Below are positions 35,901 through 47,060 of a stretch of 64,000 nt of DNA, one piece after another. The notes under the pieces were generated by a model. It did not search any database. It was not told the origin of the DNA and saw only the letters and a program-made list of their open reading frames with translations. The stretch lies in the NCBI GenBank assembly GCA_963575745.1, contig CAUYUJ010000116.1, forward strand, positions 1 through 64,000, written 5' to 3'. The DNA comes from Prorocentrum cordatum. Lineage: Eukaryota. Positions within the stretch are counted from its first letter, which is position 1. Every line of letters starts with the position of its first letter. The position numbers were made by a program, and so were the translations under genes.

Positions 35901-38900
35901 GGTGCTCGACCAGAAGCACAGCAAGGCGGAGGTGTACGTAAAACTGCTGCGCACGAAGGGTGCGTCGGAGACGCTGGTGAAGCTTCAACAGATCTCGGCG
36001 CAAGTGAATGCCACGCACGAGGCGAAAAGAAGGCTCTAAAGTTACACTATGATCGCGGAGGTGAGTTCGTGAACGCGCAGCTGGAGAAGTCGGCTGCCGA
36101 GAATGAGTTCCATCCCACCACTACTGACTTTTTCCAACGTGACAATCAGCCAAGGAAAGATTGCATGACTGATGCGAACCCAAAAAAGTGTTGATCAACC
36201 GGGCCAAATCTCCAACGCGAATAAGCATGGCAACGGCAAGATGCGTATGTCACTGACTACCTCTTGGAGGCGGTGTGGACATGAATTCGGCTATGCAGAG
36301 ATGATGGTTCCGAGAGGCGGCTTGCGAAAGGTTCGATGCACCAATCGAATCGGATGTAGACAAGTTGCATGCTTATGTTAAGATACAGCGGTGCTGGCCC
36401 ACGCTGGCGGCGTGGGCTAAAGAAGTGAGGGAGAACGCACGGGAACCAAGCCCGCTCCATGGTACACCGCGAAAACGATGTCTGAAGAGTGGGCGGGGGG
36501 GGGTCGGAGAACCCGGGGGGGCCCAGGAACGCGCCCAGGAGGAAGGAAGGGAGCGAGGGGAGGGGAGGGGAGACCACGAACAACATGCCGCTCAGGCGTC
36601 AACCTGCCGACCTGGAGTGTCTGAACGGAGCCCAGTTCACGCTCGCGTGACGTCCTGTCAGGTCTGGCGGCACGTTGGCTTCCTATCAAAGACTAAGGTG
36701 CACACCGAGTCCGCATCTAAACTGAACTTACGGTACAAATGGTCAATTCGCACCTCGATGACGGACTGGCGACTTCGCAACCGCTCAAATGCGGCCAGCG
36801 TGCGCCCGTAAGCTGGCCTCAGCACGGTCGACGTGCAATTCCGACTGTAGCTGAGCTGACGGGCCACCAGTAGAGAACCCAGCAAGAAGCGGATCCGCGG
36901 AGCAGGGCCTATCAAGGCATGCTCGACGGAGAGCTGCACGCCTGCATGCGCCGCCTCGCTGTCGGTGGAGCCCCCAGCTGGCCGCACGTCTGCCGCATGT
37001 CTTAAGAGCGGACGCTGCCGCACGGTGCGCGGCGCGGCCCCTGCGGCGCCTTGACGGCGGGCGGCCCCGTCGGAGGCATGCACCGCCCACTGCGCGCCAA
37101 CTTCGCTCTCGCCCCGCGCCTCTCTGACCGCGTGAGCTCACGACGGCTACCAAGCAACCATGGAGGCGCCGCACGGGGCGAAGCATGTCATCTTGAGAGA
37201 AAAAATGGTGGCCCTGCAAGAGTAATCGACGCAGCCGTGCTGTTGCACTCGTGGACGCCAACACCTGCTGGATTCCCCAGCCGCCCCCGAATTTTGCCTG
37301 GAACCAAATCTGCAGAACTGTCAACCGAGCATTCTCGGGAGACAGGTTGTTGCGCAGGGATGGCGCGACAGCGCATGTGCCACGATGCGCAACGCTATCG
37401 TTAACAGGCGAATGGCAGAAACAAAATGGTAACACGTCCCTGCCTGACACGGGTGCCATGCGGTGCGTTGTCATGAAGGGGCCCTGGGACACACACATAA
37501 GTACACACATAACAGGATTCCCCATATGTTCCATTTTTTTTGATTTCTGTCTTCCCCCCACTTCCCATATTTCCCAATATTCTCCTGGGAGTCGACGATT
37601 AATTGTGCCTGTGTGTTTCTTTCCCGCCTGGTGTTACCTCGCCATGTAATATCCATCGCATGAGCGGCATCTGATGCTCGCCCAGCACAGTGGAGGGCAT
37701 GCAGGACAAGGCGAGCTGCACCGGCTGCCACCGCACCCCTCGTGCAGCCAGCCAGGCCTCGACTTACTGCCGGGCAATGCGTTCTTTTGCTGCGCGCATC
37801 CTCTGGTACAACAGACGGTAAACACATCCCACCACGAATGAAGGCGGTGATGCAGTGGGAGACGTATTGGCCGAGAGGTTCGCAGGTCTCATCAAGCAAA
37901 CGGCGCGGGTGGTGCTCGTGGCGAGCAGTTTATATTGTTGGCAGTTCGCGGTGAAGTACGCGGCGCTCGTGAGGAGACGGGCAACTCAAGGGAAGCCGAT
38001 CTCCACGAAGGTGGTGTTCGGCGCGCAGGTGCACGCGCGCCTGAAGGAGCCCTAGAGAGACGACGTCAAGCCTCGCGATGTCGAGGAGGTCTTCTTGGGC
38101 TTCGACGACGGCATTCGCGAGGCCGCCTGTTTTGCACGACACCGGCTACGTGGATACGAATTCAGTCGTCAGGGAGGAGGCTGGGCGACGTCGTGAGGAA
38201 GAGCTGCGCGAGAAGTATCATCAGGCCAGAGGACCTTGTCCTGAACCAGGAGGTGCCCGTGCCCGAAATTCAACCAGACTTCGACGTGGAAGAGCTTCTA
38301 TGGACTTGCTGGGCGTGCTTGGGTAAGCACCGAGCGCGCACGCGGAGGCCCGGCTGCAAGCTCGCTGAGGAGAAGCCAGTGGGCGAGGACAAACCGAGTC
38401 ATTTGGATCAAAAGGGGTCGGCTTCGGCAGAGGAGGTCGCGGCCTCGGGCACGGAGTTCAGGGCAATGGACGGCGTCGTCGGCCCGGCGAGAGGAGCGGC
38501 TGCTTCGGCGGAGCTGGACGAAGATGGGTCGGACGACGAGTTGCTGAAGCAGGTCAGGGACGACTTCAGGCAGGCCGGGCTGCAGACCGTCTCGCAGAAG
38601 TATGTACGTCAAGGGCACCAGCGGAAACGAGCGGGAAGAGTGGATGCAGGCCCTACAGATCGATGCGGATTCTCTTCGAGACGGAGTTTACGATACAGCT
38701 ATATACGGACGAGGAGAAGAAAAGAGGAGCGGAGTGCTGCAAGTGACGAGCAAGATTGCCTGGGCGACGAAGCCAGTGGACAGCAACGCGGAGTTCCGTC
38801 GTCGGAAGGTTCGCATAGTGGTTTGCGGTAACTTCGCGAACCACCAGGGCCTGGACCTCGCAAGCGGACGGACGCTACGAGCTTCAGGGCGATCCTGCGG

Positions 38901-39110
38901 TTGGCGGCTGGGATGGGCTGGACGATCGCGCTTCTGAACGTGAAAACTCATCAATCGGCGCTCCTCAACGCGCCGACTGATGAGGATGTCGTTGTGCTAG
39001 TCCAGCCGCCGGCCTTCCTGGTTGCTGCTGGGCATGTCACGAAGGACGAGGTGTGGAAGCTTCGGCGGGCCATGTCGGGCTCAGGACCCGGCCGAAGATG
39101 TGGCAGAATG

Positions 39111-39530
39111 AGCGTCACAGGAAAGTGAAGGCCCTCAAGCTTCCCGATGGCTCAGACCTGCAATGCATGAACGTAGACGAGTCTGTGTGGCGCATCAAGA
39201 ATGCGAGTGGCAAGCTGCTAGGGGTCATCGCCACGTACGTGGATGACCTCCTGGTCGTGGGCCCCACCGACGTCGTCAATGACCGAGTCGAGGTGCTGGA
39301 GGGAGTCTGAGATACATCTCAGCGTCACAGGAAAGTGAAGGCCCTCAAGCTTCCCGATGGCTCAGACCTGCAATGCATGAACGTAGACGAGTCTGTGTGG
39401 CGCATCAAGAATGCGAGTGGCAAGCTGCTAGGGGTCATCGCCACGTACGTGGATGACCTCCTGGTCGTGGGCCCCACCGACGTCGTCAATGACCGAGTCG
39501 AGGTGCTGGAGGGAGTCTGAGATACATCTC
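39111..39530 (+). repeat. Exact 210-bp tandem duplication inside the copia RT
   Basis: 39111-39320 is identical to 39321-39530. Confidence 0.95.
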
Positions 39531-40699
39531 TGCCGGAGTTCATCCTGTTGGAGGGCGTCGGCGCGCGCATCAGGTTCTGCGGGGCCGTCGTGGTTGGGGT
39601 CGAGAGGGGGAGGGCATCAATGTCGACCAGACCGAGCAAACCTCCGACGTGCTACGGAGGCGGGGACTGAGCATGTTCTGAGGGTGGAGGGCTCAGGGTG
39701 GAATCCATGTGGGCTTTTGCACCTCGACAATCAATCCGCCTTGTGGTTCACCTTTTGCAGATTCAAGCCTCGAAAATCCATCGAAACGGCATTTCAGATT
39801 TCACCCTTTGCCCTCCACCCAGAGAAAATGCTCGGGGGGGACATGGGAGGAAAAACCGACCCTCTTCAAATCAAAAGGGGTCGGCTTCGGCGTTGGCCAT
39901 GGCAGCAGCTCCGACGCCCCGGGGATGTCTCAGCGGACGACGAGGCCGAGGCGCGGGAGGCCCCGGTGGGTGGGCCTGCGGCGAGGACGAGACCCCGAGA
40001 CGACGGGGGGCACGGAGGAGCTGGCCGACGTCAGGAGTGCTCAGGCTGTCGCGCTGGGGCGCTCAGCTGGCTTTCGGTCCGGACGAGGCCCGACATCGCG
40101 CGCGCGGTTTCGAGGACGTCCTCGTTCACCACGCACCCCAAGGAGACGCACAGGCTGGCGAAGAAGGCGTTACGGTACCTGGTGCACTGCGGCGGCGAGG
40201 GTATCTTCGTGGGAAGGTTCCAGGACGAGGCTGACGTCACTGTCTACACGGACGCCAGCGTCGCGCCGACTGGCCACAAGTGTCGCGGAGGGCGTCAAAG
40301 CAGCAGATGATTGCCCTGAGCACGGCGGAGGCGGAGCTTCAAGCGATGACAGCAGGGATGCAGATGGCGTTGGTGTTCCAAGACTACTTGCAGAAGTTCG
40401 GCATAAAGTCGAAACTCGAGATCTGCCCAGACAATCAGGCGAGCTCGTGGCGGTCGTGCCATTACATTTCGGTCGGGCATGTCCTCCTACAGGCGGATTT
40501 TGGAGAACAAACGAAAAATTGTCGAATGAATTCGCCGGCCCAACGGGCCAGAGGCGTGCTCAGATCTCCGGTAACTGCTAAATAATACTTCTACTTCGCG
40601 CGCGCGGGGCGGCCCCTGAGGGTCCCCGGACGAAAAGTACCCCGGGCGATCCCCGGCGGGGTCGGGTCAGAGATGGTTTTCCTCCTGGGCGCCGCCCCC

Positions 40700-41940
40700 G
40701 TGGCCCTCCAGAGAGCCCCAAGAAGGGCCACGAGGCCGCCAAGAGCCCTCCAAGATGGTTCAAGAGTGCTCCGAGATGCCACACGATCGTTCCAAGACGC
40801 CCAAGATGGCCCCCAGACGCCCCAAGAGGCCTCCAAGAGCACCCCCCAGAGGGCCCCCAGAGGCAAAATTCATTACTTTTCCTAAGGTTTTGGGCAGATT
40901 TTGGCGTGTCCATCTTTTCGGCTTCCCGACGCCCCAAGACGGCCCAAGAGGCCCCCAAGATCGCCCCAAGAGGGCCCAAGAAGCTCCCAAGAAGGCCCCA
41001 AGATGGCCCAAGAGGGATCCAAGACGGCCCCAGAGGCATCCAAGACGGCCCAAGAGGGGCCCAAGAGGGCCCCAAGCGATGCCCCAAAGGGGGAACACAA
41101 AACAAAACTTCGAGCCCTCGGCCTTAAGAAGCCCCCAGGAGGCCTCAAGAGGCCCCTGAGAGGCCCCAAAAGCCCCCAAGAGGCCCTCAGGAGGCCCCCA
41201 AGCGACGCTGAAGAGGCCCCCCAGCGGCCCCAAGAGGCTCAGTCATGCGAAATGGGCCGGCGGAATGAGCGAAGCGATTCAATAACCGACAATAATCAAA
41301 ATAGTCAAAGGACCGTCCCCTGAATAATCCCACCAGCCCTTTGGGCGTGAGTGGTTTAGGGAGCTTTCTCTGTTCTCAACCCCCCAACCCCCCTTCTTCC
41401 CCTTCGGGGAGGGGTTTACCCCTCCCCCTACCCCCTCCCCCTGGACCTGGAGAGGGCGCCCCGCGGGTGGTCAGGGGGGTCCGTTTCGACGCCTGGGAGG
41501 GCCAAAAAACGACGACCCTCACGAGGATTCTGGCCCCGACGGGGGGATAGAGAAAAAACCCTCTCCTCTTCTGTGAAGCCAAAATCATTGATTTTACTAC
41601 GGTTTTGGCCCCATTTTGGCCTCCTCAGGGGGCAGCGCTCCTCGTCCTTGTTCTCAGAATCATTGATTTTACGCAGGTTTTGGGCTCATTTTGTCTTTCT
41701 CAGGGGGTAGCGCTCCTTTGCGCTTCTGGGGAGGGCGCAAGAGGCCCCCAAGAGGCCCCAAGATGCCCCCAGGAGGCTCCCAAGAGGCCTCCAAGAGGCC
41801 CCCAAGAGGCCCCCAAGAGGCCCCCAGAGGCTCCCCACGAGGCCCCCAGAGCCCCCAAGAGGCTCCCAAGAGGCCGCCAAGAGCTCCCCAAGAGGCCCCG
41901 AAGAGGCCCCAAGAGGCCCCCAAGAGGCCCCCAAGAGGCC
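40700..41940. repeat. CCAAGA(T/G/C)GGCC-type 10-11 bp satellite; other blocks at about 10020-10140, 44380-45180, 48510-49620 and 61060-61360
   Basis: Direct reading. Confidence 0.85.
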
Positions 41941-41944
41941 CCAC

Positions 41945-42345
41945 GAGGAGCCCGAACGACTCACACCAGGACGAGGGGCCCGAACGACTCACACCACGAA
42001 GAGCCCGAACGACTCACACCACAAGGAGGGGCCCGAACGACTCATACCAGGACGAGGCGCCCGACCGACTCACACCACGAGGAGCCCGAACGACTCACAC
42101 CACGACGCGGGCCCCGAACGACTCACACCACGAGGAGCCCGAACGAGTCACACCAGGAGGAGGGGCCCGAACGACTCACACCAGGATGAGGGGCCCGAAC
42201 AACTCACACCACGAGAAGCCCGAACGACTCACACCAGGACGAAGAGCCCGAACGACTCACACCACGAAGAGCCCGAACGACTCACACCAGGAAGAAGGGC
42301 CCGAACGACTCACACCAGGACGAGAAACCCCAAACGACTCAAATC
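41945..42345. repeat. Approx. 25-30 bp tandem repeat GCCCGAACGACTCACACCA(C/G)GA...
   Basis: About 14 units. Confidence 0.9.
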
Positions 42346-43263
42346 ACGAGGAGCGCTTTCTCTCCCTCCTCCTACGCCTCGTCCTTCTCCCGCTCCCCCC
42401 ACAAGGAGGATTCACAAGGAGGCGGGAGGAAGGAGGGACAGGGGAGATATACGGAGCCCAGCGGACACACGCCTGAAAAACACAGCTGTCGACATGCTTC
42501 GCGAGAGCTGCTGCTGTGAGATGGGCTGGTGGGGATACGCGAAGCGTAAAGAATTTTTGACTACTCTTGAATGTTCCTCCTGTAGAGGGACACGCCCGAC
42601 TTAACATTGCATGGTCAAGACTGTGGGCTTGATCTCGCTTCATGCTGCGCGTTCCTTTCGGCAGAAAGCGGACGTGCTGACAAAGTGCCTTCCAGGGCCC
42701 GCCACGAAGAAGATTCGACTCATGTGGGGTATGGCAAACGTCAGTTAACTAGACATGTGGCGCGAAGGTTCGAACCGAGCGCTGGTGGCGCTGCAGGTGC
42801 AAAGCCGCCTGCGGCCGCCGTCGGAACCGATCCAAGTGGATCACACTGGGTCGTAGTCGGCCCTCGTCACCAGCTTGGTGCCGCCAGTGTGGCACGTGCC
42901 CTGGATGCTCCAGAGTTGGGCGTTCGCCCATGGCGTGTATCACACCGCACGCCAGATACGTGCAATGAATGTTTTGTTTTCCGGCAGGGCCTGGAGGTGG
43001 GGACATGATCGGGGAGACGTAAGACTCGGGTACGGGGGACTCGGGTTGGCCCGACGGGGCCATCATAAAAATGACGAGGCCCAATCTGAAATTTGACGCG
43101 AGCTCCCGCTGCAGACATCCCACGAAAACTGAACCGTCAAAATCCAGGACGCGCTCGTCAAAAAAACGTCGGCAAACCCGAGTTCCGGCTTACTCGGGTC
43201 TTGCGTTTCCCCGACATGAGCCGCCAGTGCATCTTGTGGACGGACGTGAGCCCTGGCAAGGAG

Positions 43264-43447
43264 TGTGAGACGGTAAATCGTCTCTCCTGAGGGTGCCTGG
43301 CCTCCGTCCGTGGTCATGCAGGACCACCAACAGAAACGCTCGAGCCCGAACACAAGAGAACGCAGATCCATCTATCTCGCACTACTCGCTACACCTCAAC
43401 CTTTCCTTCGCTGCCATCGCCGGCATTCGAGAGATGAGCCTCGGACA
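43264..43447 (+). repeat. 3' LTR
   Basis: Starts with TG after the purine run GGCAAGGAG; matches the 5' LTR blocks; end position approximate. Confidence 0.7.
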
Positions 43448-43520
43448 AAAGCTCCCAAGCCCCCCCCCGCTCGCCCGCCCGAGCGCGGTCGCGGAATCGC
43501 GCGGCAGCGCAGCTGGATAT

Positions 43521-44242
43521 TCCGCCTTGGGTGCGGCCGTGGACCACCTTCAGCCGCACGGTCCCAAAAACCATCCACTTGGTGCCCGTGTGGGCTGCTC
43601 CGCTGCCCGCCGTGTAGTACAGTCCCCGACCCTCGGCCTGCCCGAGCGCGTGGACCTTGGCCTCCACCCACTTCCCCGTGATGTTGACGCTCATGAAGTA
43701 GGTGTCCGCGCAAGCGCCACCGACCTGCTGGGCGTCGGCGTCCACACGAAGTAGCACGTTTGACAGCCGCGCCTTCATGGGTATGTGAAGGAGGGCGTGC
43801 ACACCTGGCTGCATCAAATCGAAGCGCTGTCCCTGCACGTTGACCATGTGTGGGTCGCCTACTGCGCTCGACTGCACTGGCGCCATAGACCCAGCAGCAG
43901 ATGTTGCTACCGGCGCCACTGGTGTGGTAGGTGCAGGTGTAGGTGCAAGTGTAGGTGCAAGTGTAGGCGCGGGTGTGGGCAGAGGTGTTGTTGCCACAAC
44001 TATGGAGCCCGCTGGAAACGCGAAGGTCAATGGCGAGTCCAACACGATAGATCCAAAGCTCACGATCGCGTGGACTTCTGAGTGCCCGCCGCCAGAGATT
44101 AGGATGGATTGCCCTATTGCGAAAACGGACTCGGTCGACACTACCACCCGTTCCGCTCCGGGAGATGCTGGAAGCACCAGCACGACTCCCGCTGATGTCG
44201 TAAACGGCGTCATCCCAGAAGCTGATGACGTGGCCATGGGTC
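43521..44242 (-). CDS. Secreted modular protein exon: beta-rich module, PT repeats and start of a GDPH (vWD-like) domain
   Basis: CCAG|GA acceptor in phase with the upstream exon; ...FAIGQSILISGGGHSEVHAIVSFGSIVLDSPLTFAFPAG...PTPAPTLAPT...AVGDPHMVNVQGQRFDL... The 3' boundary is uncertain. Confidence 0.85.
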
Positions 44243-45533
44243 CTGGCACCACCCAACCAAAACAACAGCGTCAAAAGAGTCAGTATGCCTTGACAGTTCG
44301 CCATGCAACACATGTTACGACACAAACAACACAACTCAAACTCACAAGGCCCTGGGCCAGGAAGGGGGGGTACCGAGGCGTTAGAGCGTCCAAGATGGCC
44401 CAAGATTGCTCCAAGAGGGCTTCGAAGTCGCAAGATGGCCTCCAAGATGGCCCATGCTACTTCAAGATGGGTCAAGATAGCCTCCGACATGCCCCAAAGA
44501 GGCCCCAAGGCAGCCCCAAGACGGATTCAAGTGCCCTTCGAGCCCTCCACGGCGCCCTCCAAGATGCCAAAACCGTTCAAAGACCTATGGGAAATCCATG
44601 TTTTCGGCATTATCGCCGTTTCGCTTCCGATGGGCTTTGGAAGCCTCACGATGGCCCCAAGATGGCCCAAAAGAGGCCCAAGAGGGGCCCAAGAAGGCCG
44701 AAGACGGCCCCAAGATCGCCCAAGAGGCGCCCAAGAGCGCTCCAAGAGGGCCCCAAGATGCCGGTTGAGAGCCTCCGAGGGGGGCCCGAATTTCTCCCCC
44801 CCCCCCCCCCCTTTTTGAGCCATGGTGCCCAAGACGGCCCCAAGAGGCCTCCCAGACCCCCCAAAGCCCCAAGAGGGCTCCAAGACCTTTTCTTTTTGAG
44901 CCATGGGGCGATCCCAAGAGGCCTCCCAGCCTCTCCCCAAAGACCCTCCACCCCGCCCTGTTTGGCCCAATATGACTCCAAGAGAGCCCTAGATAGGCAG
45001 ATCAGGTTTTCAAAATGGCCTAAGATAGCCAAGCATGGCTCAAGATAGCCTCCGACAGACCTCCAAGAGGCCTCAAGGCAGCCTCAAGATGGTCCAACAT
45101 AGCCGAGCATGGCTCAAGATAGCCTCCGACAGCCTCTAGCCGAGCACGGCTCAAGATAGCCTCCAAGAGGCCTCAAGAAAACTGGCAATCGATTATGGAT
45201 GGGCTGGTGGTCAAGAATTGATCAAGCACCTCTACCGCAGTTAATCTGACAAATGACAAATGTCAAATGTCCGATGGGAAGACACAAAAAACAACTTTCA
45301 GGACACACGTAAAAAACCTCCAACATCTGAGCATCATCGAGAAGACACAGACCCGGGAACCGACCAGGCAGCAAAACTCTCCTTCGTTCGGACGTCCATT
45401 CCCCGTGAATTAGCAAATTTCGTAAGTGAACTGTTCCGCAAGATGAGCCAAAATGCTCCTCGATGGTCCTCGCCGAGGAAAAAAAACGTGCGAACGATGC
45501 CAAGAGCAGAGAGTCGGCACGGATATCCTGCGC

Positions 45534-46033
45534 CTGCAACTGCAGGTCCAGTTGGCGGCGGACTGGTTGGCGCCACTGTCGGTGAGGGCGTGGGAGCGCT
45601 TGTTGGTGCAGATGTCGGTGCAGCTGTAGGCGTAGCTGTGGGTGCAGAGGTCGGCTCGTCGGTCGGCGCGGCGGTCGGAGACGATGTCGGTGCAGCTGTC
45701 GGCGCACCCGTCGGCGTCTCTGTCGGGGCAGCCGTGGGCGCGCCCGTGGGCGCACCCGTCGGCGTCTCTGTCGGGGCAGGCGTGGGCTTGCTCGTCGGTG
45801 CGGCTGTCGGCCTGGCTGTCGGCGCAGCTGTCGGGGCGGCCGTCGGTGCGGCCGTCGGCGCGGCCGTCGGGAAAGCTGTCGGTGCGGCCGTCGGGGCGAC
45901 CGTCGGGAAGGCCGTCGGCGCCGCGGTGGGAGCTGCCGTGGGTGCCCTCGTGATGCAGGTCCGGCTGCCCTCACGGGCAAAGAACGTGGACGTCCCGGCC
46001 ATGGCGAAGTTGCGGCCCCACTGCTGGATGTAC
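45534..46033 (-). CDS. Secreted modular protein exon: YIQQWGRNFAMAG plus long (PTAA)n mucin-like stalk
   Basis: GAG|GT acceptor and GCAG|GC donor, phases compatible; PT repeat with varied synonymous codons. Confidence 0.85.
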
Positions 46034-46595
46034 CTCGCGGAAGGTCCCCGGGACCTCCGGAGGTCTCCGGCAGTCCCACTTCCAAAGTTCCCCGCTGGCC
46101 TCCGCAGGGCCCCCGGCCGAGAGAAACATCAGCGCCCCAGAGCCTCGATCCTCGATCCTCCCAGTCCTCGCCCTCGTCGATTGACTACCTACCAGACCAC
46201 CCCAACCCAACCCGAACACCCGAATTTGACCTGAATTTCGGGTTGGGGGGGTACGGTCTCCACGTGTTTTGTTCAGTGTTCCCCGACCCCCCCCCCCCAA
46301 CTGGAAATGGAGGGCAAATTGAGGCCTTCGGGTTGGGGTTGGGGTGGTTTGGTGAGCGGAGATCGATGGAACCCAGGCGGCTGCCAGGCGCTCCTGGGCA
46401 CTCTCGAGCGCTCCCTGGGGCTTCCGAGGCGCTCCCAGGCACTCCCCCAGGCGCTCCTTGGGCGCTCCCAGGCGCCCCCCAAGTGCTCCCCGGCCGTGTT
46501 CGGCGGCCTGCTCCGGAGGTCACCAGAGGCCTCTGGGGACCTCGCCTGCAAAGGGCCACGAAGCTTCCAAGAACGTTGATCCTCGATCCATCGTC

Positions 46596-46692
46596 CTTCG
46601 GTACTCCTCGGGCTTGTCCGTCAGGATCTTGAACCCGACGCTGAACTCGCTTGTGTCGGAGAACTCGGCCATGAAGCACCGCTTCGCCTCGT
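46596..46692 (-). CDS. Secreted modular protein exon (DEAKRCFMAEFSDTSEFSVGFKILTDKPEEYR)
   Basis: High GC3; GCAG acceptor; AG|GA donor in phase with the 46033 exon. Confidence 0.75.
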
Positions 46693-46900
46693 CTGCGTGC
46701 CGGGGCGGACTAAGAGGGGCGGGGGATCGCGAATGGGGGGGATAGTGAGACCCAGCTGCGCGCAGCCGAAAAATTCTGGCGCCTGCCACCGTCGGAGGCG
46801 GCCGTGCATCGAGGACAGAGTCTGGCGGCCAGAAGCGGGTGCGCGTTCAGCAGGTTTCGCAGGTTACCTTTCTTTCTTCCTCGCGTAACGGCGGTTACCC

Positions 46901-47060
46901 TGAAGTCGGGCCTGTCCCTCTACAGGAATATTCAAAAACAGTCACAAAATAGTATGGGGACGATTCTTCAGTGTTCTCTGACTATTTGTGAATATTGTTC
47001 GACTTTTTTCCTTATGTTTTTCAATCAAAATCCGCCTGAAGGGGGACATGCCCGACCAAA
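46901..47060. mobile_element. MITE family A, copy 5 (reverse orientation)
   Basis: TIRs; TSD GGTTACCC/GGTTCCCC. Confidence 0.85.

Larger units (their letters stand above)
40468..42604. mobile_element. MITE family A, copy 4, split by about 2 kb of nested repeats
   Basis: Left TIR at 40468, right TIR ending 42604, TSD CATTACAT/CATTGCAT; interrupts the copia RNase H. Confidence 0.85.
32835..43447 (+). mobile_element. Decayed Ty1/copia LTR retrotransposon with nested insertions
   Basis: gag CCHC knuckle CFTCGSTEHQSKDC (34943-34984). Integrase HRHNGHVPYHPNSPDC (about 35645), HYDRGGEF (about 36045) and AERFAGLIK (about 37870). RT KVRIVVCGN and YVDDLL. RNase H TRPDIA, YTDAS, LSTAEAE, DNQA and QKADVLTK (about 42660). 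Integrase precedes RT. Similar LTR sequences at both ends. Confidence 0.92.

Noticed and set aside
41945..42345. CRISPR-like short repeats
   Set aside because: Inter-repeat sequences are only a few bases long and are themselves repetitive.
32830..43450. CAAAA as the copia TSD
   Set aside because: Low complexity, and it overlaps the presumed terminal CA, so it was not used as evidence.
45030..45160. GGCTCAAG motifs resembling the SL 3' end (also near 61337)
   Set aside because: They lack CCATTTT and are variants of the surrounding CCAAGATGGC satellite.
43840..46234. Plus-strand ORFs rich in VGAAVG
   Set aside because: Antisense shadows of the minus-strand PT-repeat exons, extended by satellite.
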